A DNA stretch of 32,000 nucleotides from Aeropyrum pernix K1 (GTDB lineage Archaea > Thermoproteota > Thermoprotei_A > Sulfolobales > Acidilobaceae), in assembly GCF_000011125.1 (NCBI RefSeq), contig NC_000854.2:1-32000 (forward strand). Direction: 5' to 3'. A program made the translations under genes and the position numbers. Positions 9,925 through 18,800 of the stretch are shown piece by piece (position 1 is the stretch's first letter; the number at the start of each line of letters is the position of its first letter). Under the pieces are notes generated by a model. The model was not told where the DNA came from. It worked only from the letters and a program-made list of their open reading frames with translations, and did no database searches.

Positions 9925-11652
9925 ATGCTACAACTTTTTATTAGTTTGCGTCATCCAATAGAAACTCATAGTGTCCTTATGGTGGGTGTTTTGAAGAGGC
10001 CTAGGAGTAGGCTATGGTATGATGGCTTGGAGAACACACCGCACAGAGTCTATCTGAGGGCTATTGGATTCACTAGCGACGACTTCCAGAAACCACTTAT
10101 TGCCGTGGTAGCGGCATGGAGCGAGGCCGGGCCCTGCAACTTTAACGTGCTGCCAGGAAGTCTCCGCGTGAAGGAGGGGGTTAGGTCAGCGGGGGGTGTG
10201 CCACTGGCGGTTCCCACTATCGTTGTTAACGATGGCATAAACATGGGAACTCCCGGGATGCGTTATAGCCTCATAAGTAGGGAGCTAATTGCAGACACTA
10301 TAGAAGCACAAGTGGCCAGCCACGGGTTCGACGGCTGGGTCGGTATTGGGGGCTGTGACAAGACCCAGCCTGGGATAATGATGGCCATGGCAAGGCTCGA
10401 CCTCCCGAGCATCTACATTTATGGGGGGACCGCTGAGCATGGCGTTCTTGATGGGGAAACAGTGACAGTCCAATCTGCATTCGAGGCTGTGGGGGCCTAT
10501 CTTAAAGGTCTAATAGATGAGGAACGCCTTTACGAGATAGAGAAGGCTGCCATGCCCACGCCGGGCACCTGCCAGGGCCTCTTCACAGCCAACACAATGG
10601 CCATACTTGCAGAGGCCTTGGGCCTCTCTCCCCTCGGCTCGGCAAGCCCTCCAGCAACTAGCTCTGAGAGGGCTAGGGAGCTGGCCAGGGCTGGAGCTCT
10701 GGCAGTGGGGCTTGTGGAGACTGGCCTGACCCCCCGAAGGATTCTCACCTACGAGGCATTCTACAACGCTATAGTGACATTGATGGCTATATCAGGCTCC
10801 ACTAACGCCGTGCTCCACCTCCTAGCAATAGCCAGAGAGGCTGGGGTCAAGTTGGCACTTGACGATTTCGACGAAGCCAGTAGAAAGGTGCCTGTGATAG
10901 CTGCCCTGGCCCCCGCGGGGAAGTATACGATGGTGGACCTACATAATGTGGGTGGTGCTCCGGTTATCCTCAGGAAGCTTCTCGACCGGGGGTTGCTCTA
11001 TGGTGAGGCTGTGACAGTTGAGGGGGTGGAGATAGGGAAACTACTTAGCAAATGGGAGCCTAGGACCGACTATAATATTCTCTACGATTTCGATAAACCA
11101 TACAAGCCTCATGCGGGCCTGAGGATACTCAGAGGCTCCCTCGCGCCTAGGGGTGCAGTTATGAAGATAGGGGCAAGCGGCATTCTGAAGTTCAAGGGGG
11201 CTGCAAAGGTGTTCGACAGCGAGGAAGAAGCTTTCAAGGCCATTGAGAGAGGTTACGTAGAAGAGGGGGACGTCGTCGTAGTTCGCTATGTAGGCCCCAA
11301 GGGCGCGCCCGGCATGCCGGAGATGCTCAAGATAACCGCGGCCATAGTGGGGGCAGGGCTGGGAGAGAAGGTCGCACTCATAACTGACGGGAGGTTTAGC
11401 GGGGCAACAAGAGGAGTGATGGTAGGTCATGCAGCACCGGAGGCTGCCGTAGGAGGACCGATAGCTCTAGTTGAAAACGGAGATGAAATAGTCATAGACG
11501 GTGAAAAAGGAACGCTCGATGTCCTCTTGGGAGGAGACGAACTCGCCAGGAGACGAGATAAATGGTCTCCTCCTCCCCTCCCAAAGCAAGGTTTGCTTCG
11601 GAAGTATGCAAAGCTTGTAACACAAGCTGACGAGGGAGCGGTTACCCACTGA
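9925..11652 (+). CDS. ilvD: Dihydroxy-acid dehydratase
   Basis: '[11 protein letters not shown]', '[19 protein letters not shown]', '[31 protein letters not shown]', '[24 protein letters not shown]'; the true start is probably downstream, near 9979-9988. Confidence 0.93.
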   Translation: MLQLFISLRHPIETHSVLMVGVLKRPRSRLWYDGLENTPHRVYLRAIGFTSDDFQKPLIAVVAAWSEAGPCNFNVLPGSLRVKEGVRSAGGVPLAVPTIVVNDGINMGTPGMRYSLISRELIADTIEAQVASHGFDGWVGIGGCDKTQPGIMMAMARLDLPSIYIYGGTAEHGVLDGETVTVQSAFEAVGAYLKGLIDEERLYEIEKAAMPTPGTCQGLFTANTMAILAEALGLSPLGSASPPATSSERARELARAGALAVGLVETGLTPRRILTYEAFYNAIVTLMAISGSTNAVLHLLAIAREAGVKLALDDFDEASRKVPVIAALAPAGKYTMVDLHNVGGAPVILRKLLDRGLLYGEAVTVEGVEIGKLLSKWEPRTDYNILYDFDKPYKPHAGLRILRGSLAPRGAVMKIGASGILKFKGAAKVFDSEEEAFKAIERGYVEEGDVVVVRYVGPKGAPGMPEMLKITAAIVGAGLGEKVALITDGRFSGATRGVMVGHAAPEAAVGGPIALVENGDEIVIDGEKGTLDVLLGGDELARRRDKWSPPPLPKQGLLRKYAKLVTQADEGAVTH

Positions 11653-11686
11653 AACTTCCCCGGGTAGAGGCCAATGATATTAGAGG

Positions 11687-11887
11687 CTAGTCGACGGTTA
11701 CGACGTGTATGCCAGCAAGCAGTAGGAGTGTGACGGATAGGAGTTTTTGCGCGTATATAAGCCTGGAAATCCTGCCTTCCCTCCTCCCTTTCCCAAGATA
11801 CAATAAAGCTCCGCTCGACAGTAGGAGAGATATCAATACTCCGAGGGCGTATTCGGGGGGTAGCTGTACCTGTATTAGCAGTGTCAC
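11687..11887 (-). CDS. Small two-TM membrane protein of unknown function
   Basis: 66 aa, two hydrophobic segments; its GTG start overlaps (GTGA) the end of an upstream disrupted frame. Confidence 0.55.
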   Translation of the reverse strand: MTLLIQVQLPPEYALGVLISLLLSSGALLYLGKGRREGRISRLIYAQKLLSVTLLLLAGIHVVTVD

Positions 11888-12234
11888 GTAGCAGTGCCAT
11901 AAAGCCCAGGATTACGGCGGAAATGATGTGATATTGTTAGTATGGCATTATAGATGACAGCTAACTTCACTTCTCTCCTCGCGCTTCTAATGCAGGCTTC
12001 CCTGGCAATTACAAAAGCAAGAATAGCGGGAACACCTAGGTTCCAAGCTATTTCACCTAGCTCTTCTCCAGAGTTTGACCCAGGAGGAATGAAATGCCCC
12101 TACCCTTCTCCCTATACTCTTCCTTTTCATCTCCATTCAGAATATAGAACGCGTGACCTCTGTGCAGCCAAACCTGTGGAGAGAACAACCATTAATAGCG
12201 AGGCTGCGATGACAACTACTGTAAGAATCTTAAC
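11884..12234 (-). pseudogene. Disrupted small membrane protein gene
   Basis: On the minus strand one frame encodes 'VKILTVVVIAASLLMVVLSTGLAAQRSRVLYSEWR*' and, after three in-frame stops, 'GHFIPPGSNSGEELGEIAWNLGVPAILAFVIAREACIRSARREVKLAVIYNA...'; the intervening stretch is open in the +1 frame ('VWLHRGHAFYILNGDEKEEYREKGRGISFLLGQTLEKS'). The stop TGA overlaps the next gene's GTG. Confidence 0.45.
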
Positions 12235-12386
12235 GTTGGGCCGGATTTTTTATTGCGCCCAGTGGTTGCAAACAATTTGTATATATTATATAAGTCACCA
12301 ATATACAGCTATAAACTATCCGGAGAGGAGAGCCGTGTTTTCCTATAGAAGCGCAAGGGGTTGGGGATAATTCTAGCCTTCTAACC

Positions 12387-13928
12387 CTAGGAGAGCCGTC
12401 TAAACACGCTTTTCAACCGGCTGTATATCTCCTGGTATATTTGGAGTAGATCTTTATACGCCTTGGAAGCGTTAGAATCTGCTTCAGCCCTCCACGATAC
12501 TGGTATTTTTCCCGCTTCCGATTCTATGCTACTCCCCTTTAGAGCCGCGGCAGCCAGGGCTCCGGCGCCTCTAACTCCCGCCATCTCTGGCTGGCTGACA
12601 GTTTCTATTGTGGCGTTGAGTGCGCTGGCTATAACCTTGGCAAGCGTTCTGAGTCTAAAACCTCCCCCAACACCTCTCACCAGCTTTGGCTTACCGGCGA
12701 GACGTGTCATGTGCTCCATTGCCCAGGCGATGTTCAATGCAACACCTTCTACTGCGGCCCTTACTAGGTGTTTCTTAGTGTGTCTGAGTGTGAGGCCGAC
12801 GAGCACCCCCTTGGCGTGGGGATCGTCTATTGGTGTTCTCTCGCCGTACAGCCATGGGGTGGCTATTAACCCTTCGGAGCCTGGGGGTATCGAGTGGATG
12901 TCCTCCACTGCTCTGTAGTCCATGCCAGTCACATCCAAGATCCAGTCTATCATCCCACCCGCTATCTCCTGCTCTCCTATTACGAGATACTCTCCTGGCT
13001 TGGCTGAGAGGAGGCTCCCTATATAGTGTCTAACGTCTAGAAGCCTCCTGGTACTGTGTACCCCTATCCAGCTGCTGGTCCCCACGTATATGTGATACTC
13101 CCCGGCGGCCAGAGCTCCGGAGCCCACTGCTGAGGAGGCGATGTCGCCAGCCCCCACAATTACGGGTATTCCTTGTGGAAGGCCAAGGTCTCTTGCTGCA
13201 CTTGATACCAGCCCGCCAGCCACGTCGGTCGGACCAGCTATCCCTGGTAGCTTTTCAAGGGGTATTCCATAGCGCCTCGCTAGCCTGGGGCTCCAGACCG
13301 CCCTGCCTCCCCGGGTGTCGGCTAGCCATGTGAGATGGGCGTCGTCGGGGCTTACCAGGCGTGCTTCGGCGGTTTTCGCGAGGACCCATGTCTTGAGCGT
13401 TCCTATGGTGTGGGCTTTGGTAAACAAGTCGGGCTTATTCTCCCGGAGCCAAACCATCTTGGAGAGAGGGTCTTTGCCCGTCTTGCTGGGTGCTCCTCCG
13501 GTGAGCCTTAGCAGGTCCACGAGGTGGAGGAGATTATATCCTGAGACCTTCAATACCCCGCTGAACAGCTCCCTGGGGAGGCCGTGGGCCCTCTCGTCCA
13601 GCCAGGTTATTATCGGTGTTAACTCGTAATTGTCCCGGTCTAAAAGAACAACACCGGCCAGGTATGTAGAGAATATAACACCGGATACACGGCTCGCCTC
13701 AAACCCTTCTAACGCCGCCGACGAAGCCCGGACTATAGCCTGCCAAAGCTCTTCGGGATCCTGCTCCGACCATCCCTTCCTAGGGTAGCTAACGGGGGTG
13801 GAAACGCTCCCCCTCCCAGTTATCTCGAGGGTGTTGCAGTCCACTAAGCCCGCCTTAATTCTCGTCGTACCTATGTCTATGGATAGTATGCTGTCGCAAC
13901 CCCCCACCAGTAACCCCCCGGTCCTCAC
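12387..13928 (-). CDS. FGGY family carbohydrate kinase
   Basis: 'LSIDIGTTRIKAGLVD', 'PRKGWSEQDPEELWQA', 'IYVGTSSWIG', 'VGGGFRLRTLAKVIASALN'. Confidence 0.9.
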   Translation of the reverse strand: MRTGGLLVGGCDSILSIDIGTTRIKAGLVDCNTLEITGRGSVSTPVSYPRKGWSEQDPEELWQAIVRASSAALEGFEASRVSGVIFSTYLAGVVLLDRDNYELTPIITWLDERAHGLPRELFSGVLKVSGYNLLHLVDLLRLTGGAPSKTGKDPLSKMVWLRENKPDLFTKAHTIGTLKTWVLAKTAEARLVSPDDAHLTWLADTRGGRAVWSPRLARRYGIPLEKLPGIAGPTDVAGGLVSSAARDLGLPQGIPVIVGAGDIASSAVGSGALAAGEYHIYVGTSSWIGVHSTRRLLDVRHYIGSLLSAKPGEYLVIGEQEIAGGMIDWILDVTGMDYRAVEDIHSIPPGSEGLIATPWLYGERTPIDDPHAKGVLVGLTLRHTKKHLVRAAVEGVALNIAWAMEHMTRLAGKPKLVRGVGGGFRLRTLAKVIASALNATIETVSQPEMAGVRGAGALAAAALKGSSIESEAGKIPVSWRAEADSNASKAYKDLLQIYQEIYSRLKSVFRRLS

Positions 13929-15346
13929 CAGCCTGGCCAGGAGGGCTTGAAGATCTCCAGCATGGCCTCCTTAATAAGCTCGGCGACAACATCGGGCTTC
14001 AACAGGTAGATCATCTCGTTCACGACCCTCACGGCCTTGTCGTCGAACCCCGCATTCTCTATCCTTCTTAATAGGTCCTCCACAGCCTTGAACCCCTCCT
14101 CTATGAGGGCGGGTTCAAACCTAGACTCCGGCTCCGGCGCCCCGCGGATGGATTCCTCCACAGCCGCGAGGAAGCTGTCCACGACTCTAGCGTGAATCGG
14201 GCTGATCGTCAGGTGTATGCTGGTAGGGAAGCCGAGGTGCTTGTTGCCAGGCTGTAGCTGTACCACCCACCCTGCCCTGCCCAGTCTCGTAGCTACTTCT
14301 ACGACGTCGATATCGCTGTCTGTGAAGGACAATATACCTGCCTTAGGCCTGCCCAGTACCTCTAGACCGAGAGACTCCAGACCCTTCTGGATGCGCCTCC
14401 GGGCTTCCAACACCATCCCAGCCAGCTCGCGGTACCCCTCTACCCCTAATGTTCTTGCTACAGCCCATGCTGCAGCTAGGGTGCCAGCACTCCTCGTCGA
14501 CAATATTGCCTGGTTCACCAGGGGATAGCCAGGCCATGAGGAGTCTACGAATATCGTCGGCTTCTTATCCCTGGCCCTTCTAAACAGGAGTATGGAGGAT
14601 CCCTTGGGGGCGTAGCCGTACTTGTGCATATCAACGCTGAAGCTTCTAACCCCCTCAACCCCGAAATCGAATTTCCCCACCTCTTCCCCTGCATCACTGG
14701 CGAAAGCCAGTACCATACCCCCTATGCATGCGTCGACGTGAAGCCATACATCCCTCGCTGCGGCTATGTCGCCGAGGTCCTCAACAGGGTCGAGGGAGCC
14801 GTAGGGGTAGTCTACGGCGGAGGCGACGATCATAACTGTATCGCGGTCGATTTTCTCCTCGATAATGGCCGGGTCTGCCTGCAGAGTCACACTGTCAACA
14901 GGTACTCTCTCAACTTTAAGACCGAGAAGGTATGCGGCTTTAGCGAAGGCTGGGTGAGCGGTTATAGGCATCACGATCTTCCCTGCACCCGATTTCCCGG
15001 CCCTCCTCCATCTTTCTCTAGCGGCTAGAACGGCTAGAATGATACTCTCCGTACCGCCGTAGGTGAATGTTCCTGAATATCCTTCAGGAGCGTGGAAAAG
15101 GTGTCCTGCGAATCCTAGGAGCTGTTTCTCAAGCTCTATGATGCTGGGGTAGACAGTGAAGTCCAGCATCGTCTTATCCCTGTAGAGTTCCAGGGCCTTT
15201 GACGCGGCTTTACGCACCTCGTCCATGCCAGGATCGTAGACGTGGGTGAAGACCCGGCCAGTCCAGGGATTTATGTCTCTACTTGAGAGAAGGAAGAGCT
15301 CCCGGAGGACTCGATCCAACCTAGATTTTATGTCGTCCGCGGCCAT
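13925..15346 (-). CDS. PLP-dependent group II decarboxylase family enzyme, sphingosine-1-phosphate-lyase-like
   Basis: 'GTFTYGGTESIILAVLAARE', 'HVDACIGGMVLAF', PLP-Lys motif 'SVDMHKYGYAPKGSSILLFR'; overlaps the kinase ORF by 4 nt. Confidence 0.88.
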   Translation of the reverse strand: MAADDIKSRLDRVLRELFLLSSRDINPWTGRVFTHVYDPGMDEVRKAASKALELYRDKTMLDFTVYPSIIELEKQLLGFAGHLFHAPEGYSGTFTYGGTESIILAVLAARERWRRAGKSGAGKIVMPITAHPAFAKAAYLLGLKVERVPVDSVTLQADPAIIEEKIDRDTVMIVASAVDYPYGSLDPVEDLGDIAAARDVWLHVDACIGGMVLAFASDAGEEVGKFDFGVEGVRSFSVDMHKYGYAPKGSSILLFRRARDKKPTIFVDSSWPGYPLVNQAILSTRSAGTLAAAWAVARTLGVEGYRELAGMVLEARRRIQKGLESLGLEVLGRPKAGILSFTDSDIDVVEVATRLGRAGWVVQLQPGNKHLGFPTSIHLTISPIHARVVDSFLAAVEESIRGAPEPESRFEPALIEEGFKAVEDLLRRIENAGFDDKAVRVVNEMIYLLKPDVVAELIKEAMLEIFKPSWPGW

Positions 15347-15390
15347 TTCTCGGGCCCACTATAGTGGGTTTCCACGCCGGCTTATACCCT

Positions 15391-15909
15391 CTACCCAGCT
15401 GCATCCATCCTTAGAAGGGATTGTACAAGGCGGGTGCACTCCTCCAGCCCTCCACAGTCCACATGGCTTTTAACATAGTTCACTTCCCCAACGCTCTCCC
15501 GTATATCGTCAAGATGGATCTCCCTATCGTCGAAATAAACTATCCTGCCGGGCGTCAAGTAAAGCCTGCGCTCCACCCGCAACACTCTGAGAAGCTTAGT
15601 CAACATCCTTCCCTTCCACGGGTGAGGCTCTATAACGTGATAATGGAATATATGAGACGCGCCTAAAACCCTCAAAGCCTCAAGTGCTTTAAAAGGGACG
15701 TTCCAGCTGAACGACGAGACTACCGCCCCCGATCTTCTCGCCCATAAAGCCAGGGCGACCATATATCCATAGAGCCTGACCTCAACCCCGCCAGAATCGA
15801 CAATAGCATTATGAGAAACGCGAGTAAAGGGCGGCTTTAGCGAGCTCACATCTAAATGATCCCAGAGAGTACCATCTAAGTCTAGAAGGAGAAGCCAATC
15901 CCGCTTCAA
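15391..15909 (-). CDS. HAD superfamily phosphatase, magnesium-dependent phosphatase-1-like
   Basis: 'LLLLDLDGTLWDHL', 'VVSSFSWN', 'GRIVYFDDREIHLDDI'. Confidence 0.75.
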   Translation of the reverse strand: MKRDWLLLLDLDGTLWDHLDVSSLKPPFTRVSHNAIVDSGGVEVRLYGYMVALALWARRSGAVVSSFSWNVPFKALEALRVLGASHIFHYHVIEPHPWKGRMLTKLLRVLRVERRLYLTPGRIVYFDDREIHLDDIRESVGEVNYVKSHVDCGGLEECTRLVQSLLRMDAAG

Positions 15910-16020
15910 CTAAAACCACCACAAACTACATTCAAAAATGAAACTTGAAGAAAACTCCACCGCCTCAACTTAATCCCTTTTACTCTATCGCTTTCAAACC
16001 TTTTCACTTAGCAACAGGTG

Positions 16021-16419
16021 TCACAGCACAGAACCATAGACTTCGGCAATCCACTTTAGCACAGTTCTCTGAAACAACGGGATGAACGGTAACCTTATGT
16101 TGAGTGCTTTAAGCACACCTCCGTCATGGTACACCATAATCGATTGTCTCCCGTCAGACACGAGAACAGCTTTCACGCTATAATTCTCAATGCTAGAAAG
16201 TAGTTTGTCGGCAAGAAGAGATAGCTCATCATTTCTAGCTCTACTTTTAACTTTATCCGGGTCAACGGCATACACCCTTCCATACAGTCTGAGATGTTCC
16301 GCCGAGTACCTAGACAGTTTTAAGAGAATGATATCGGCAGCCACCTTCTTCTCGCTTATCTTACTAAAGATCCCCCGAAATCTCAGGCCGAACCTCCCAT
16401 CTGCTAAACCTATAATCAA
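16021..16419 (-). CDS. C-terminal half of a TrmB-family regulator (apparently frameshifted)
   Basis: This frame is open upstream to about 16530 and encodes 'ELKTSKRRYEEKQLPILYLEGEWSIRNSLKLLVERTESDLIIGLADGRFG...', which continues the TrmB N-terminal half. Confidence 0.65.
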   Translation of the reverse strand: MIIGLADGRFGLRFRGIFSKISEKKVAADIILLKLSRYSAEHLRLYGRVYAVDPDKVKSRARNDELSLLADKLLSSIENYSVKAVLVSDGRQSIMVYHDGGVLKALNIRLPFIPLFQRTVLKWIAEVYGSVL

Positions 16420-16835
16420 GTCAGACTCCGTTCTTTCAACAAGAAGTTTGAGACTATTCCTAATACTCCACTCACCCTCCAGATAGAGTATGGGCAGCTG
16501 CTTCTCCTCATACCTCCTTTTGGAAGTTTTAACTCGATTATAGCCTCCTCCGCGGATCTCACATACCTATCTCGCATTTCCCCTATAACATGCTCGGGAT
16601 CAACCGCCCTATAGTATGTCGGCGATCCCTGCGTCCTTTCTACAAAACCCTTTGCAATAAGGTCTCTCAATACGTCGTAGACCCGAGGTCTAGGCACTCC
16701 GCTCCTTAGAGATATTTCTCCGGCCTTTGAGGGGCCGTAGAGTACTAGTGCCGCGTACACCCGGGCTTCATACTCTTTAAAACCCAGGCTCGTGAGCTTG
16801 CCCACGATCTCGCGACTTATCATAGCACTACCCAT
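16416..16835 (-). CDS. TrmB family transcriptional regulator, N-terminal HTH half
   Basis: 'KLTSLGFKEYEARVYAALVLYGPSKAGEISLRSGVPRPRVYDVLRDLIAKGFVER...PTYYRAVDPEHVI' is the canonical TrmB HTH domain. Confidence 0.85.
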   Translation of the reverse strand: MGSAMISREIVGKLTSLGFKEYEARVYAALVLYGPSKAGEISLRSGVPRPRVYDVLRDLIAKGFVERTQGSPTYYRAVDPEHVIGEMRDRYVRSAEEAIIELKLPKGGMRRSSCPYSIWRVSGVLGIVSNFLLKERSLT

Positions 16836-16913
16836 GATTAAATTTGTAACTCTCAGAGTTACAATAGTTTTTCAACACATTGTCTCCATTATAATAGCAC
16901 GGGGTTTCTAGTC

Positions 16914-18800
16914 TTGACGGAATCATTAAGCGTGAGCCTGGAAAAATCGGAGAAGTTAGTTGTAGATCTTAGAGATGCTACAAGGAAGATCATACATATG
17001 GTTGGAGGGAAGGCGGCATCGCTGGGAGAACTTCTTGAACACGGTTTACCCGTGCCGCCCGGTTTTGTAGTAACTACTAGAGCTTACGACCTGTTCGTAG
17101 AGAAGAATGGACTAAAGAGTGTTATTGAGAATTTTAGTGGGGCTAACCAAGCGGCAATACTTAGGCGGCTGATCCTCGAGGGAGAAGTGCCAAGGGAGGT
17201 AGTTGAAGCAATAAGAGAAGCCTACTACAGCAGGGGAGACGGCAGGGTAGCAGTGAGGTCTAGCGCCACTGTAGAGGATCTTCCTGAGGCTGCTTTCGCA
17301 GGACAGCACGATACTTTTCTCAACGTGGAGGGGATAGACAGGGTTGTAGAGGCTGTAAAAAAGTGCTGGGCCTCCCTGTGGAGCGATAGAGCCGTCGCCT
17401 ACAGGGAGAGCTTGGGCGTTAGCCACTCTAAGGCTAAGATGGCTGTCATTGTCCAGCGTATGGTCGACGCGGATGTATCTGGTGTCATGTTCACTGCGAA
17501 CCCTGTTACGGGAGTTAGAGAAGAGGTGGTAGTAAACGCCTTTAGAGGCCTGGGCGAGTCTATAGTCTCGGGAGTCGTTACGCCCGATCACTACGTTCTC
17601 GTCAAGACCAGGTTTGGGTGGAAAATAGTTGAGAAGAGGATTAGCGGTGATAAACCGGTTTTAGACGACAGAACCCTGGTTAGGCTTGCAAGCATTGGAG
17701 CTAGGATCCAACGCCTATTTGGCACTCCTCAGGACATCGAGTGGGCTTTAGAGAAGGGCAGGATCTATATACTCCAGTCGAGGCCTATAACCTCCCTTCC
17801 AGAGCCTCCACCAAAAGTTGGCAGACTGAAAAGGTCACTCCTTCTTATGCTGGCCGAGTTCTTGCCGGAAAGACCGTACCCGCTGGAAATAGCTTGGATT
17901 GATGCTGTGTTCAGCAATGCAGTGGGGCGAGTAGCCTCATACTATGGCGTGCGCCTCCCCAGTGTATCCGATCTTATCGAGGAGGATGACGATGGGGTTC
18001 CTGTGAGGATTAACCCCTATTTCAGGATAGGAGTCTCGCCCTCTATCATTCTGGCCCCTGCTAGGCTACTCATCAACACTTTAAGATATAACGCTATCCG
18101 TTGGAGGAATGACTCGGATTTAGAGGAGTTTAACAAGAGATTTCACATGCTGGATAGTAGGCTTAAGGATGTAAGCGAGTGGAGAGAAATAGTCGATATA
18201 GTGGATGGCATTCTCTATAACACTGTTTTTATCGGAGAGTTAAGAAGAAAGTACTTACCCAGCGCCGTTCTCTCGGCAGTCGTCCTGAGGATTTGGCTGT
18301 CCTTGATGGGGAAGGGGGAAATGTTCCCTAAGCTTATGTTTTCGTGCCTTGACACTAAGGTGAGCGAAGCTAACAGGCAACTCGAGAGGTTAGCAAGCCT
18401 TGTCAAGTCAAATGGGGAGCTGTTTAGAATATTCGTTCAGGAGGAGCCTACTAACATACTTGACGTTATCAAATCGAGCAGGAAATTTGAGTTTTTCTAT
18501 CGTGAACTACAAAAGTTTCTGGCGGAGTATGGCCATAGAGAGGCTAGCGGGTCCCTGTTACTTTCCCGCGGTTCATGGGTAGAAAAGCCCGAGCTGGTCA
18601 TCGGTATTGTTAAAAGCCTTCTGACTATCAGGAAGACCGCAGATGAAGATTCTTCGTGTCACCGATTTGAAGAAACTCTTAATTCACTCTTTTCGACCCG
18701 GCTGCTGAGATTTATCTGGCTAGAAAGGTGTTTCTCCGGATTCTATATAATGCTAGGGAGTTCCATAGGATTAGGGAGGATACACGTTTCTACGCTATGA
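16914..18800 (+). CDS. PEP synthase / rifampicin phosphotransferase-like protein, N-terminal ATP-grasp and linker part
   Basis: 'MVGGKAASLGELLEHGLPVPPGFVVTTRAYD', 'VAVRSSATVEDLPEAAFAGQHDTFLNV', 'GLGESIVSGVVTPD', 'RIYILQSRPIT', 'FLAEYGHRE'; residues after about 18690 look out of frame. Confidence 0.88.
   Translation: MTESLSVSLEKSEKLVVDLRDATRKIIHMVGGKAASLGELLEHGLPVPPGFVVTTRAYDLFVEKNGLKSVIENFSGANQAAILRRLILEGEVPREVVEAIREAYYSRGDGRVAVRSSATVEDLPEAAFAGQHDTFLNVEGIDRVVEAVKKCWASLWSDRAVAYRESLGVSHSKAKMAVIVQRMVDADVSGVMFTANPVTGVREEVVVNAFRGLGESIVSGVVTPDHYVLVKTRFGWKIVEKRISGDKPVLDDRTLVRLASIGARIQRLFGTPQDIEWALEKGRIYILQSRPITSLPEPPPKVGRLKRSLLLMLAEFLPERPYPLEIAWIDAVFSNAVGRVASYYGVRLPSVSDLIEEDDDGVPVRINPYFRIGVSPSIILAPARLLINTLRYNAIRWRNDSDLEEFNKRFHMLDSRLKDVSEWREIVDIVDGILYNTVFIGELRRKYLPSAVLSAVVLRIWLSLMGKGEMFPKLMFSCLDTKVSEANRQLERLASLVKSNGELFRIFVQEEPTNILDVIKSSRKFEFFYRELQKFLAEYGHREASGSLLLSRGSWVEKPELVIGIVKSLLTIRKTADEDSSCHRFEETLNSLFSTRLLRFIWLERCFSGFYIMLGSSIGLGRIHVSTL

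Noticed and set aside
10050-11900. Series of antisense ORFs opposite ilvD (e.g. 10050-10244, 10530-10748, 11041-11430, 11427-11900)
   Set aside because: They lie antisense within a clearly coding gene, show no recognisable motifs and have low-complexity composition; typical shadow ORFs in GC-rich coding DNA.
11954-12370. 138-aa plus-strand ORF
   Set aside because: The minus strand of the same region encodes membrane-like segments ending in a GTGA overlap with the next gene; the plus-strand translation lacks domain character.
12463-15028. Plus-strand ORFs opposite the kinase and PLP genes (12463-12918, 13315-13629, 14217-14528, 14624-15028)
   Set aside because: Shadow ORFs; the minus-strand frames carry full family signatures.
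16021-16419. Treating the 132-aa ORF as an independent protein starting at TTG 16419
   Set aside because: The frame is open and TrmB-like well upstream of TTG 16419, so it is better explained as the C-terminal half of the regulator.
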